Assembly: GCA_951406725.2 (NCBI GenBank) | Contig: OX597820.1 | Coordinates: 55,304,001-55,368,000 of the forward strand | Length of the DNA stretch: 64,000 nt | Source: Octopus vulgaris | Taxonomy: Eukaryota | Reading direction: 5' to 3' | Shown: one piece after another, positions 23,515 through 36,476 of the stretch | Layout: the number at the start of each line of letters is the position of its first letter | Numbering within the stretch: position 1 is the first letter of the stretch | Position numbers and translations under genes: made by a program | The notes under the pieces: generated by a model | The model's input: the letters and a program-made list of their open reading frames with translations, nothing else | Databases searched by the model: none | Told to the model about the DNA's origin: nothing

Positions 23515-25611
23515 GTGAGTTGTTGGTGTTCTTTTTCTTTTTTCTCTTTTTTTTTTTTTTTATAAGAATATTTTCAATCCTTCAGTTATTGTTGACCATA
23601 TCCAAAAGAAACATATTTGACTGATTGGCAAGGATTCATTCATCAGCACTCTTATATGACTATCATGTAATGTCAAGACAAAGGGACACTAACACACACA
23701 CACCTGATGGGCTTCTTTCAGTCTCCATCAACCAAATGCATTCAAGCATTTGATTTGACCCAGAGCTATAGTGGAAGACATATACCAAAGTGATGTTGAA
23801 CTGAACCCAAAACCACATAGTTGGGAAGCAAGCTTCTCAACCACATGGTTCCAGGTTCAGTCCTGCTGTGTGGCACCTTAGGCAAGTGTCTTCTATAACC
23901 TCAGTCTGATTAAAGCCTTGTGAGGGAATTTGGTAGATGAAAACTGAAAGAAGCCCATCATATATATATATGTATGTATGTAATGTATATGTGTGTATAT
24001 ACGTGTGTGTGTGTCTTTGTGTCTGTGTTTATCCCCCTCCACCACTTAACAATCGGTGTCGGTGTGTTTACATCCACATAACTTAGGTGTTTGGCAATGT
24101 GATAAGTACCAGGCTTAACAAAAAATAAGTACTGGGATCGATTCATTTGGCTAAAAATTCTTCGAGGCTGTGCCCCAGCATGGCCACAGTCCAATGATTA
24201 ACACAACTAAAAAAAAGAAACAAAAACAAAAGATATATATATATATATATATAGGAGTGGCTGTGTGGTATGTAGCTTGCTAACCAACCACATGGTCCCG
24301 GGTTCAGTCCCACTGCGTGGCATCTTGGGCAAGTGTCTTCTGCTATAGCCCCGGGCCGACCAATGCCTTGTGAGTGGATTTGGTAGACGGAAACTGAAAG
24401 AAGCCTGTCGTATATATGTATATATATGTGTATGTGTGTGTGTTTGTCCCCCTAGCATTGCTTGACAACCGATGCTGGTGTGTTTACGTCCCTGTCACTT
24501 AGCGGTTCGGCAAAAGAGGCCAATAGAATAAGTACTGGACTTACAAAAAGAATAAGTCCCGGGGTCGATTTGCTCGACTAAAGGCGGTGCTCCAGCATGG
24601 CCGCAGTCAAATGACTGAAGTAAAAGAGTAAAAAAAAGAGAGTAAAAGAGTATATATAAACGTTAAAAAACCCTTCAGTCATGAATGACCATGGGATGCA
24701 CCTAAAAGTTCCTCTCTGAGGCACAAGTCTAAGCAAGGTTGTTTATAGAAGACCAGCAGTCACCCATGAGTACCAGCTTCCTCTCTCAACGCCACCGATG
24801 TTATCCAAGAGAAAGGCAAAGGCTGATACAACTTGGCAACAGTGTCGCAAATCATTTCTACAGTTGAGTGAACTGGAGCAACATGAAATAAAGTGTTTTG
24901 CTCAAGAACACAACACAGAGCCTGGTCCAGGAATTGAATTCACTACCTCATGATTGTGAGCCTGATGTTATAACCACAGAGAGAGAGGAATGTATATGCA
25001 CACATAATGAATTGAGAATTAAGTATGTGACGTGTTTCAGATAACAAATTGATACACACAGTTACCAGCATCGCCCTACTGGCACTTGTGCCAGTGGCAC
25101 ATGAAAAAAATATTCAAGCAAGGTTGTTGGACTGGCCCCTGTGCAGGTGGCACATAAAAAACACAATTTGAGCACGGCCTTTGCCAGTACTGCCTGACTG
25201 GCCCTTGTGCTGGTGGCATGTAAAAGCACCCACTACACTCTTGGAGTGGTTGGCATTAGGAAAGGCATCAAGCTGTAGAAACACTGCTAGATCAGACTGG
25301 AGCCTGGTGCAGCCATCTAGTTCGCCATTTCTCAGTCAAATCGTCCAACCCTTGCTAGCATGGAAAACGGACATTAAACGATGATGTTTCTTGCTCAAGG
25401 TACATCACAATGACCTGACTGTAGTGTAATAATAGTAAAACTTTGAAGTTAATAACTCTTGTCTCTGGGATCATTAGTCCTACATCTTTTGCGCACAACT
25501 GTTGTGCTTCTTAATGATGTCTGTACTTCAAGCTTCTCTAGTAGATTCTTCTCTGTCCAAGATACACCCAAATTCTGAAGACTTTTATATATTTATTTCT
25601 TCTTGTACCAG

Positions 25612-25771
25612 ATGGAAAGCTGTATAAACTTACTACGTGGCAAGATATACGAAGCCATGGACAACCGTATCTTAGCAACAGATTATTATCGGATGGCATT
25701 AAATCAGGATATATATTGCTTTGAAGCATTTGATCGGCTAGTTGCTCATCATATGTTGTCAGCTGAAGAAG
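25612..25771 (+). CDS. CDC16: CDC16 exon 6 (MESCINLLRGKIYEAMDNR...HHMLSAEE)
   Basis: gtaccag acceptor, G|GTAGTT donor, 160 nt. Confidence 0.95.
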
Positions 25772-25852
25772 GTAGTTATTGCATCTTTCTTTTTCTCTCT
25801 TCTTTATTTGTTTCCCTTCTTTCTCTCTCTCTCTTTTATCTCTCCTTGTCTT

Positions 25853-25892
<40 letters not shown>

Positions 25893-26081
25893 GAACATAT
25901 GTTGATAATACAGTAAGCTGTATTTCTGTATGTTTATTTGTTAGTATGTTTCTATTTCTTGCTTGTCTTTTCTTCTCATTCCTACTATTTTATCACCTTC
26001 TCTCTCTCTCTTTCTTTAGTTCTCCTTCCCTTATCTTTCTTCGTCTACCTCTTTGAGTCACACCATTGTCTTATCCATTCA

Positions 26082-26484
26082 CTAGCTTAAAAGCCACACT
26101 CCATGTGGACTTTTAAGTTAGCTCCTGCGGAGGGCTAATTGGGCCTGTGGCCCAAAACTAACAAGAGCTATAATACTAAAGCATTTATCGGTACCCTACC
26201 AATATGGTGTTACTTTAAATTCGGTTTAAATGAAAAAGTTGTAAGTTCACAAATTTTAGGAGTCTTTTTAAAATTTGAATTTTCAACTGTTAGCATATAA
26301 CAAATCCTCATCCAGACCTGATCCCAATGCTGGACGTTCAAGAACCAAATGAAGGGCAGATTTTCAATCAGGGGATCATCCTGATTCCAAACAGGTATAA
26401 TATATCTATGTAGAGCAAATGAAGACTGAGATACAGAGGTCCCAGAAGGACACACAGACAGAATTTCATGTTTATTATTATAGA
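26082..26484 (-). mobile_element. Probable Helitron remnant
   Basis: Minus strand A|TCTATAATAATAAA start; small hairpin then CTAG|T end. Confidence 0.6.
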
Positions 26485-26899
26485 TAAGAATCCTGGACAT
26501 TACTACTTCATGTCCTAGGAATTATAGGGCCTGTTACACAGTTATCTGTGGCATATGAGTGACCAAAATCACAACATTCCCACTGAATGGGATGCCAGTC
26601 CATTACGGGCTGCTCATTTACAGCCGAATGGACTGGAGCAATGGGAAATGAAGTGTTTTGCTCAAAAATTGATGCACATTCCAGTGTGAGAATTGAAACC
26701 ACAATCTTGCAATCATGAGCACAACACCCTAACAACTAGACCATGTTATTTTACTATCCATTAATACTCCCACTCTAACTTTCAGAACATAGTACTATTA
26801 CCTCTCTGCCTGAGACTGAACTCACATCACTCCTTATTGAAACTACAGTGCATGACAGTATTTCATGTCATTTTTTTTCTTCTCTTTTTTTTCCCCCAG

Positions 26900-26994
26900 A
26901 GAAGGAACTTTTAGAATCACTCCCATTTAATCATCAATGTCCTGAAGAGGAGAGAGACCTTGTGAAATTTCTTTATGAAAACCGACTTAAAAAG
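26900..26994 (+). CDS. CDC16: CDC16 exon 7 (EKELLESLPF...FLYENRLKK)
   Basis: Polypyrimidine tract + ccccag acceptor, AAG|GTAGGC donor, 95 nt. Confidence 0.95.
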
Positions 26995-27154
26995 GTAGGC
27001 ATTCTAGTGTATTTGTTATGAGCGTGTGTTGTTTTTTGTTTCTTGTGTGTGTGTGTATGTGTGTGCTGTTGTGTTGCGTCATATGTTTGATTACCTTGAG
27101 TATATTTTTTTATGCTATACATGTTTGAAATTTCTGATTTACCTGTGATTTCAG

Positions 27155-27288
27155 TACAACAAACCAGGGCAGCTGGACATCCCTAACCAACTGGAAGCTT
27201 TCACCACCAATTTAGATGTTGAAGTGAACCTTGCAGAACGTCATTATTACAACTGTGATTTCATTCGTTGTTACAACATCACTCATAG
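27155..27288 (+). CDS. CDC16: CDC16 exon 8 (YNKPG...NLDVEVNLAERHYYNCDFIRCYNITH)
   Basis: tttcag acceptor, AG|GTAAAA donor, 134 nt. Confidence 0.95.
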
Positions 27289-27776
27289 GTAAAACACTTT
27301 GTAGTTTATTTGTTACTTCTATGTTGTGCCAGTTCAACCATTGTTCAGTGGTAGATGAGTGAAAATAAGGTACGGTTGAGTGGTTAAAATGTTCTCCTTC
27401 TAATCGGAAGATTCAAAGTTTGATACCGATATGCAAAACTTTGAGTGGTAGTCTTCTATTATAGTCTTGGATTAATCAAAGTCAGGTGAGTGAAGATAAG
27501 TTGCCAAAAACTGCAGGGAAACCTACTGAGCTAAGGCTTGTGACATATGGTATCATTTTAATTCTGTTTAAAGATTGCATTGAGTGCCTATGGTATAGTG
27601 AGCCACTTACATCATAATTCATTGAGTGTTTGTTTTAGTTGATTAAACAACTTGAATAATTGGCCTTTTTAAGTAATAAATCCATTTACTTTTCTGTGAA
27701 AATCAAGACTCACAGTATGTGTTTAACATTGTTGTTTTTGACATCTACAGTTAACTCAGTACATTGGTTTCCTTAA

Positions 27777-28121
27777 CCCTTTTGCATTTAAACTGGCTAA
27801 ATCTGGTTAAAATATCCTATATCATTCTAAAAATAATCACTTCATCAAAATCTCAAAGCTACGAGATAATACATGATTAAATCCAAATAATGTATATAAA
27901 TTAAATTAACATTATTTTACGTGCTGGTGGCACGTAAAAAGCACCCCCTACACTCTCGGAGTGGTTGGCGTTAGGAAGGGCATCCAGTTGTAGAAATCTT
28001 ACCAGGTCAGATTGGTGCCTGGTACAGCCTCCTGGCTTGCCAGTCCTCAGTCAAACTGTCCAGCCCATACCAGCATGGAAAGTGGATGTTAAACGATGAT
28101 GGTCATCTGAATGCTAAATGG
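27777..28121. mobile_element. piggyBac-like MITE (TTAA TSD) with an inserted RTE-tail fragment
   Basis: TTAA|CCCTTTTGCATT...AATGCTAAATGG|TTAA; same family as 42486-42705 in opposite orientation. Confidence 0.65.
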
Positions 28122-28288
28122 TTAAATTGGTCAGTAAATCAAGTACAAAGAAAATAGTCTTATGTTGATGCAGTTCCTCTTATGCCCATTCTACATCAAT
28201 AATTTGCCTTGTAGTAAGAGCAGTACAGTTTATTTTCCTTTTGTTGTAGTTTATATATTTTCTCTTTTGTTCTTTCTTTTTCATTCAG

Positions 28289-28368
28289 TGTTTTGAAGAA
28301 AGATCCCTACAACAGTTTGTGTCTTCCTTTACACATTGCGGTCTTAGTGGAACTGAAAAAGTCAAATG
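28289..28368 (+). CDS. CDC16: CDC16 exon 9 (VLKKDPYNSLCLPLHIAVLVELKKSN)
   Basis: ttcag acceptor, G|GTGAGT donor, 80 nt. Confidence 0.95.
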
Positions 28369-31300
28369 GTGAGTGAAAATGATATTTGACAAGTTTATAA
28401 TTTACAAAAACATAAGGATAAGTGAACTTTAAAGAGTGGGTTAGTGGACACGGGTGTATGCTGACATTGATATAGACATCATCATCATGAACATTTTGAC
28501 ATGTTTTTCTAAGCTGGCATGGGTTTCATGGGTCTGTTGGGTCTACTCCAGTACAGTTGCTTGCCACATATTGAGTCACTCAACAGGGAACACAACTAAT
28601 GAAGTACTGAAAGCTGCACTGAGTGTACATGAACATGTTGAATGTGATTGTACTCATATTTCATTAGCTGTTTAGTGCCATGCTAATTACATTTATTTTG
28701 TTTGTAATGTTAGTTTCCTCTTCTTACATAGGTGGTCAAATCCACAAATTTTTTGCTCTTTGACTCAGCTCTCTTCCTAAACTAATCAGTCCATTTAGCT
28801 ATAAATACCTCAGGCTTATGATTTCCTGTGATAGCAGCAAAGATAATGCCCCAGCATAAAACTGTGTGATTCATTCACCTGCAATGAGAAAAATTAACAC
28901 AAATAACTTCTACATTGTGGAAGACTTGCTATTGAAATTGAAGATAAGCATAAACCCAGTATGTGACAAATACTATTTTATGAACTCTGGAAGAATGAAT
29001 AAAAGCTGTTGTTCCTGGCAAGGTTTAAACATGGAACATAGAAAGAAAAATATTGTTTGATGTTTTGTGTGACATTACATCATTTCTCATTCAGTCCCAT
29101 GATAATAGACACAAAGCTAGCAATGTTAAGAGAGTGGGGATAGTCAATTATTTCTGCTCCAGTGCTCAACGGATACTTATTTCAACAACTCTGAAAGAAT
29201 AAACAGCAAAGTTGACCTTGGAAAAATTTCAGCTCAGAATGTAAAGGGTCAGAAGAAATGCTGTTATGCATTTTGTTCCATGCACTAATGATTCTGCTAG
29301 CTTGCTGCCTTAATAATAATGTTGTATATACTTACGTTTGGGATTGTCAAAGTAGGTATTTGTGGTTGACTCATAGGTAGGTTGCGCTATAATCTGTGGA
29401 GTTACATGGCCCTTTTTAACGTAAATATAACTAATATTTCTTAAATATTATCAAATATTCACCTTTATTTCAAAACTTTGCTTACAAATATTAAAACATT
29501 CTTGTGGAAGTGACATTATGAAAGTAGTCCAATTGATAAATCAACTCGACAACAAAAATCGGTAAGTATCAACTAGACAAGCAAAAGCTCTAGAATTACA
29601 AACAGAACAGGAAACAATGTTGCATAAGAAAAGTGTTTATTCATTTAGATACAGTTATTAAACTTCATCAGGGCATCCAGGGGCATCCAGCTGTAGAAAC
29701 ACTGCCAGATCAGACTGGAGCCTGGCGCAGCCTCCTGGCTTCCTAGATCCCGGTCGAACCGCCCAACCTATACTAGCATAGAAAACGGACGTTAAACGAT
29801 GATGATGATGATCAGGATTCATCATTATCATCATTTGACATCTGTTTTCCATGCTGGCATGGATTGGACAGTTTGACTGAAAACTAGTAAGCTAGGGAGC
29901 TGCACCAGGTTGCAGTCTGATTTGGCATGGTTTCCACAGCTGGATGACCTTCCTAACACAAACCCAAAAAATTCTTCTGGTCTACTGATAAGCCACCATC
30001 TACTTTAGATCTCTGTGATGTCAAGTGGATAGGTTGCAACCCTGATTTTTATTGAAAGTTTACGTAAAAGAAGTGCGACCTATCCGCGAGTATATACAAT
30101 AATTATAATTTTTTACATAGGCAAACAGCCAGAAATGAGTGTGAAGGGAATTGTCAGTTATATCAGCTCTGTAAGGATGAAAGGCTAAGTCATCCTTAAT
30201 AAGATTTTAATTCAGAAGGTACCTGGATAATAACTAAATGAAAAAAACCTTCAGTCATGAATGACCATGGGATTGCACCTGGAAAGTTCCCCTTTGAGGT
30301 ACAAATCTGGGCAAGGTTGTTTATAGAAGACCAGCAGTTTCCCATGCATCCTACCTCCCCTCATCATGCCACTGATGTTATCCAAGGGGAAGGGAAACTC
30401 ATTTCTACAGCTGAGTGAACTGGAGCAAATGAAATAAAGTGTCTTACTCAAGAACACAACACACAGCCCAGTCCGGGAATCGAACTCACTACCTCATGAT
30501 TGTGAGCTGATGCCTTAATCACTAAGCCATACACCTTCACTAAATACTGCAAAATATTTTGTCTGAAGCTGTAGTGTAAGTCACTCATTTGAGAAGATTA
30601 TAACCAATTAACTTGAATGGTACTTAGTTTAGTGGCAATAGCATTATGAAAAGCAATCATGCCTAGGGTAACAATTAAACTTAGCATAAAGGGGCAGTTA
30701 AATTATTGCAAAGAATAGTTATCCCTTTGCAGTCTGGGTTCAACTCTTGCTGAATATCAGTCGAGTATTGTGATTGATTCTACTCCTTCATAAAATGTCT
30801 GGCTTTGGAACCCATGTTAGGAATTACTGTTATTACCAAAGACTATGTTATTGGATTTGATTGTGCTCTTTATGTTTGGAACATTTGTTCATTTTCTTTC
30901 TGTTTTACATAGTACTGGGTGTTTCTTACATGGTATTTGCATGGATGCTCTTATGTGACATTGATATGGATGCTTTTTATGGGGCACTGACATGAGTGCT
31001 TTTACATGGCACTGGTGTGGGTGCTTTTATTTGGCACCAGCATGGCTGCTTTTACATGGTACTGGCACTGGCATGGGTTCTATCATGTGGTACTGGTACA
31101 GGTGCTTTTGCATTGCACCAACACAGGTGCTTTTTACGTGACACCTCAAGACAAGGACGTTTCCACTGAGAAGGAGTGAGAAGCATGGCTGTAAAAGACA
31201 AATGTATGTATGGATGGTCACAGTTTTACTTAGCGTGATATGTCTTCTCAAGCACAGCATACCACCAGAAGTCTCAGTCCCTTATCATCTCCTCTGTGAG

Positions 31301-31606
31301 GCCCAATGTCTGAAGATCCTTTCTCATCACTTCATCCTGGGTTTACCCTCTTCCACAGGTTCCTTCTAAAATTAGAGATTGGCACTTCACACACACACAT
31401 ATGTATGTATGTGTATACATATGTATGTATGTTTTTTTTTATATTAAAGCTGCAAATCACTCTACCTTCAGTATTTGAGTACTATTTTTCCACATTGTTT
31501 TGCATTTATGTGCTTACTTGTATGTATGTACACACACACACACACACATTGTATTAAAAATGTAAATCATCATATGTATATGTGTTGTTTGTTTGTCTGT
31601 TTGCAG

Positions 31607-31656
31607 AGCTATTTTACTTATCCCATAAACTGGTAGATCTCTATCCTACTAAACCA
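31607..31656 (+). CDS. CDC16: CDC16 exon 10 (ELFYLSHKLVDLYPTKP)
   Basis: ttgcag acceptor, CCA|GTAAGT donor, 50 nt. Confidence 0.95.
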
Positions 31657-32384
31657 GTAAGTATTTTTACTTGTTTGCATGGCTTTCTTAATACTAAAAT
31701 GGTGTGAATTACTTTGACTTTTTCTTTTGTGAGTTATCATTGTAGTATAAATAAGTGGCTGAGTGGATAAGGTGTTTATGTTTTCATTATATGGGAATTG
31801 TGTGAGGATCCAAGCATGTTGCATTATCTTCATTGTCCACACACTTTCTCTGTGCCTTTTGCTGTTTAACCTCATATGACTTTCATTGAGCAGGTCTATG
31901 ATTAAAAGACAGTCAACTCGTGATCATCCTGTCAGATCTTATTCAGCAAAGCCTTGTGAGTGGATTTGATGGACAGAAACTAAAAGAAGCTTGTTGTGTG
32001 TGTCTATGTCTCTGTGACTTAACAACTGGTGATGGTTTCTTTATGTCCCTGTAACTCAATGATTTGGCAAAAGAGATCAATAGAATAAGTAAGTACTGGA
32101 GTTGATTCGTTCAACTAAAAATTCTTCGAATCAGTGCCCCAGCATGGTCACAGTCTAATGGCTGAAATTAATAAAAGGTAAAAGCTAGAGAGAGAGATTT
32201 ATCCCTATAGGGATAAGTACTATGTTCCTCTATCACTCTCTCAGTCTGTTGGTTACATAGCATGGTATTTGGGATTTTGTTTCCCTTCTCAATATATAAA
32301 GATGACACTAGAAGTGATGTCTATTCACTCAGTCAACCATTTATATTTGAAATCATTTTTTAAAACAATTCCTTTCACTTCTAG

Positions 32385-32455
32385 GTGGCCTGGTTCTCTG
32401 TTGGCTGCTACTATTTGCTCATAAATAACTATGAACCTGCACGTAGATATCTAAC
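32385..32455 (+). CDS. CDC16: CDC16 exon 11 (VAWFSVGCYYLLINNYEPARRYL)
   Basis: ttctag acceptor, AC|GTGAGT donor, 71 nt. Confidence 0.95.
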
Positions 32456-32587
32456 GTGAGTTATCTTTTATATCCTCTAAAATTTCACTCTCACACACAT
32501 GCTATTTCATTTTGCTCATTGTTCATAAATGTACATAACACAACTTGTGAATGTCTTTATAGCTGTGCATATGATGTATAAAAGAAT

Positions 32588-33010
32588 CCAACCGAAGTCG
32601 GATGTAGAGGGTTTGTTGGACACAGTGTGAGGCAACTGTTGTTATCGTTAGGCCTAACTCATCATAAGGTAAATACCACCATGACCAATATCTAAACTAC
32701 AGTGGAGAAGGCTAGCCACTGGGTTAGGTTAAAAAGAGACAATGAGCGATGGCTAGAGAAATATTGAGCTATATTTAATAACCAGTTGATTTAGCAAGTG
32801 GGGCCTCATATCAGTGAGGGGGTGGGCTGTGCACATTGATGCTGTTGAGAGGTAGGCCCCGAAACAGTGCACATTCTCTCCTGATGACCCCATACATTTG
32901 CTGGCTTCCGGTATGCGGAGTTCTCAACTGGTAGCACTTGCATGTGCAAGTTGTTTGCTAGACACCTTCCATTCCTGAAGGTTGACGATAGTAATTCCTT
33001 GAGACATGTG
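32588..33010 (+). mobile_element. Hero-clade (R2-like, restriction-like endonuclease) non-LTR retrotransposon 3' fragment: ORF end 32588-32767 plus 3' UTR
   Basis: PTEVGCRGFVGHSVRQLL...EKASHWVRLKR with one internal stop matches the PxEVGxRGF RLE C-terminus; 3' boundary approximate. Confidence 0.75.
32840..32891 (+). ncRNA. Candidate rearranged (pseudoknotted) hammerhead ribozyme in the Hero 3' UTR
   Basis: GAAA 32861-32864, CUGAUGA 32881-32887, 6-bp stem III and 6-bp stem I flanking GUU at 32844-32846; stem II not canonical. Confidence 0.5.
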
Positions 33011-33592
33011 TTTGCCAGTTGTACCAAATATGTAATATCTTAGGCTGGAAAGAAACTTTTGTTGTTTTTCAGGATGGGAAAGAAACAAATACTTCCCTGG
33101 TCTTTATTGATATAGTCAATCAAATGGAAATTGTAGTTGTGATACCTGTGCCGGCGGCACGTAAAAAGCACTATCCGAACGTGGCCGATGCCAGCACCGC
33201 CTTGACTGGCTTCTGTGCCGGTGGCACGTGACCTGCTGTGCTTGTGGAGACCTATTGAAAAAGTAGCCCCAAAATGATAATGTCAAAAATGCAACAGCAC
33301 TTTCTTTCCAACCCAATAGTATCAGTATAATAGGAAAATGTAGCCTTATTTAATGATATCTAACTCTTTATTATACTTCAGTTAGCTTGGAAAATGTAGT
33401 TTATTTCCAATGCTCTTGACTGGAAAAATATGGCAACACATTTATTGGGTAGCATTTAGTTCTCATATAATGTACACTCCTAATGTTTAGGTATAAAAAT
33501 CTGGGAAAAATACATATGGTATACATGGATAAATATGTTAATTAAATCTATATTTGTATATAAAACTTTGTATGTATAATCTCTTGTTTCAG

Positions 33593-33718
33593 GAAAGCTA
33601 CGACATTAGACCGTATGTATGGCCCAGCATGGTTAGCATACGGCCACTCATTTGCAGTAGACCAAGAGCACGACCAAGCTATGGCAGCTTATTTTACAGC
33701 ATCCCAACTAATGAAAGG
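33593..33718 (+). CDS. CDC16: CDC16 exon 12 (KATTLDRMYGPAWLAYGHSFAVDQEHDQAMAAYFTASQLMKG)
   Basis: tttcag acceptor, GG|GTCAGT donor, 126 nt. Confidence 0.96.
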
Positions 33719-35033
33719 GTCAGTAACTTGTAATAATTGTGTTGGTCACTTCTGCATTCTTGGACAGTTGTTATCAGTCCTAATCCAAGACTGATAACAA
33801 CAAAATCTATTGTCCTGTGATTAAAATGCATTCCAGTCATAATCTTTTTTTTTTATTTTTATTTTTTTTCCCCCCAGATAGAAAATGGACAGACATGGTT
33901 GTGTGGTTAAGAAGCTTACTTTGCAATCACATTGTTTCAGGTTCAGTTCCACTATGCAGAACCTTGGTCAAGTGTCTTCTGTAGTCTTGGACTAATCAAT
34001 GCCTTGAAAGTGAATTTGGTAGTCGAAACTCTTGGATGCCTGTGGTATATATATGTGTGTGTGTATACATATATATGTGTATGTGTGTGTATATATACAT
34101 ATATATATGTGTGTGTGTATATACATACATATATGTGTATATATATATGTGTGTGTGTGTATGTATATATATGTCTGTGTATTTGTGTTTGTCCCCATCA
34201 CCACCACTTGGCAATTGGTATTGGTTTGTTTATGTCCCCATTACTTAGCAGTTTTGGCAAAAAGATATTGCTAGAATAGGTACCAGACTTTAAAAAAAAA
34301 AAAAAGTACTAGAATCAGTTTATTCAACTAAAACCTTTCAAGGCTGTGCCCCAGCATGGCTGCAGTCAAATGACTGAAACAGGTAGAAAATTAAAGATAG
34401 TATAGCTAAAACTATACTTGTAATACCTTTCTGTGATTTGAGAAATATTTGGTTGCTATTTCTAGGAGGATGAGTTACGACATAGAACTTCCCCTGTTGA
34501 CTTGACTGTGATGTCAGTTATGTTCATCTTAGCGATGTTAGAGTGCTCGCAATAAAAATTAAGTCAGCGAAAAGGGGATGAGGGAGAATTTAAATCGACC
34601 CAAAATTATATGAACATACCCCAAGAGGAGTGAACTTGATCTATCATATGTGTAGTGATGATTCTGGACTTGGTTCAGTTTTACTAGACCTGTAGTTCTC
34701 TCTCTGCATGTCTCAAATTTATTTTTAGTCAGTTGAAATTTCAGTTCTCTCCCTCTTGAGTGTAATTTTCAGTTGAATAACACTACTGACTTTTGTCGAT
34801 ATGATTACAATTTCAACTTAAGAACTACTTTAGGTACATTTCTGTATGTTTGAGAGTTTGCACTTAATCACATATAGGAGTGGCTGTGTAGTAAGAAGCT
34901 TGCTTACCAACGACATGGTTCTGGGTTCAGTCCCACTGCGTGGCACCTTGGGCAAGTATCTTCTACTATAGCCTCGGGCCGACCAAAGCCTTCTGAGTGG
35001 ATTTGGTAGACAGAAACTGAAAGAAGCCCGTCG

Positions 35034-35065
<32 letters not shown>

Positions 35066-35675
35066 TGTGTATGTATATGTTTGTGTGTCTGTGTTCGTTT
35101 CCCCCCTAACATCGTTTGACAACCGATGCTGGTGTGTTTACGTCCCCGTAACTTAGCGGTTTGGCAAAAGAGACTGATAGAATAAGTACTAGGTTTACAA
35201 AGAATAAGTCCTGGGGTCGATTTGGTCGACTAAAGGTGGTGCTCCAGCATGGCCACAGTCAAATGACTGAAACAAGTAAAAGAGTATATATATTATACTT
35301 AGACATAGCAATGCTAATAACTAATTGTTAGAACTAAATACATATGTTTTACAATAAATCCTGAAATGAGTATGAAGTATAGCAATTTCTGAATGACAAA
35401 GAACCAGGAATTAAATGATCTGTTATAAGTATTGCAATCAGAGCTGGGCGCTTGTGCAACATTTTATAGCTTCCACAGTACCATTAAAATATATATGTAG
35501 TACTGAAGCTCTTGTTCAACCCTAGCCACCATGGAAAGACATTGGTATAATGACAATGATGATAGTGAACATTTTAATATGTGCTTAAGTCATTTTAAAA
35601 TAAAAATTAAAGCTTCCTTACATGTATGTGTGTGTGTGTGTGTGTAAAGCATATTTTTAAAATGACTTAAACATA

Positions 35676-35851
35676 CGAGGAGGTGCTGAAAAGTTCCTGG
35701 CTTTGGGTAAAAGAAAATACAGGAGGATCAGTTATGATTTTTGCAGGGGTCCTTCAGTTTTTCTAAGCCCTGTAAAACAACTCAGAAGGTTGGGCCTCCA
35801 ACCAGGCCTTTTGCGATATCCTTAAAACCAGGAACTTTTCAGTACCCCATG
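35676..35851. mobile_element. Mariner-type MITE (second copy about 54508-54708)
   Basis: TA|CGAGGAGGTGCTGAAAAGTTCCTGG...CCAGGAACTTTTCAGTACCCCATG|TA. Confidence 0.8.
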
Positions 35852-35855
35852 TATG

Positions 35856-35898
<43 letters not shown>

Positions 35899-36476
35899 TT
35901 CATTATTATTGTCATTGTGATCTTGTGGGTGTTTTTCCCATCTTGGCATGAGTTGGATAGAACTGCTTCAGCATAATGTATTGTCATGGATTTTTGTAAT
36001 TTCCTTTATGAGGTCCATTATTCTGAATCAGACCTCACCACTATTTTTCCTATCTCCTTCAATTTTCCTCTTCCACAAACTCTTTCATATTTTCTTGTAT
36101 GTATACGCATACATATAAGAGATGACTAAAAGTTTTGCTATCAGGTAAAGAGATAAAACAATGCCTCACTAAGTCTCAACCAACCCATGTGAACATGGAA
36201 AGGTGGACCTTAAAATTCTCTATATATTTACATGACATAAACTTTGGTGATGATGTCATGTAAAAAGCACCCAATATACTCTGTAAAGTGGTTGGCATTA
36301 GGAATGGCACCCAGCTGTAGAAACTGAGCCAAAACAAACTATGGAACCTTGTGTAGCCCCTGCCCTTGCCAGTTCTTGTCAAGCTGACTAACCTATGCCA
36401 ACATGGTACACAAATGTTAAATGATGATATACATGTGTGTGTATGTATGTATGTATGCATATATATCCACTATATA

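Noticed and set aside
33932-34279. Overlapping ORFs on both strands
   Set aside because: Artefacts of the (TA/TG)n tract inside a SINE
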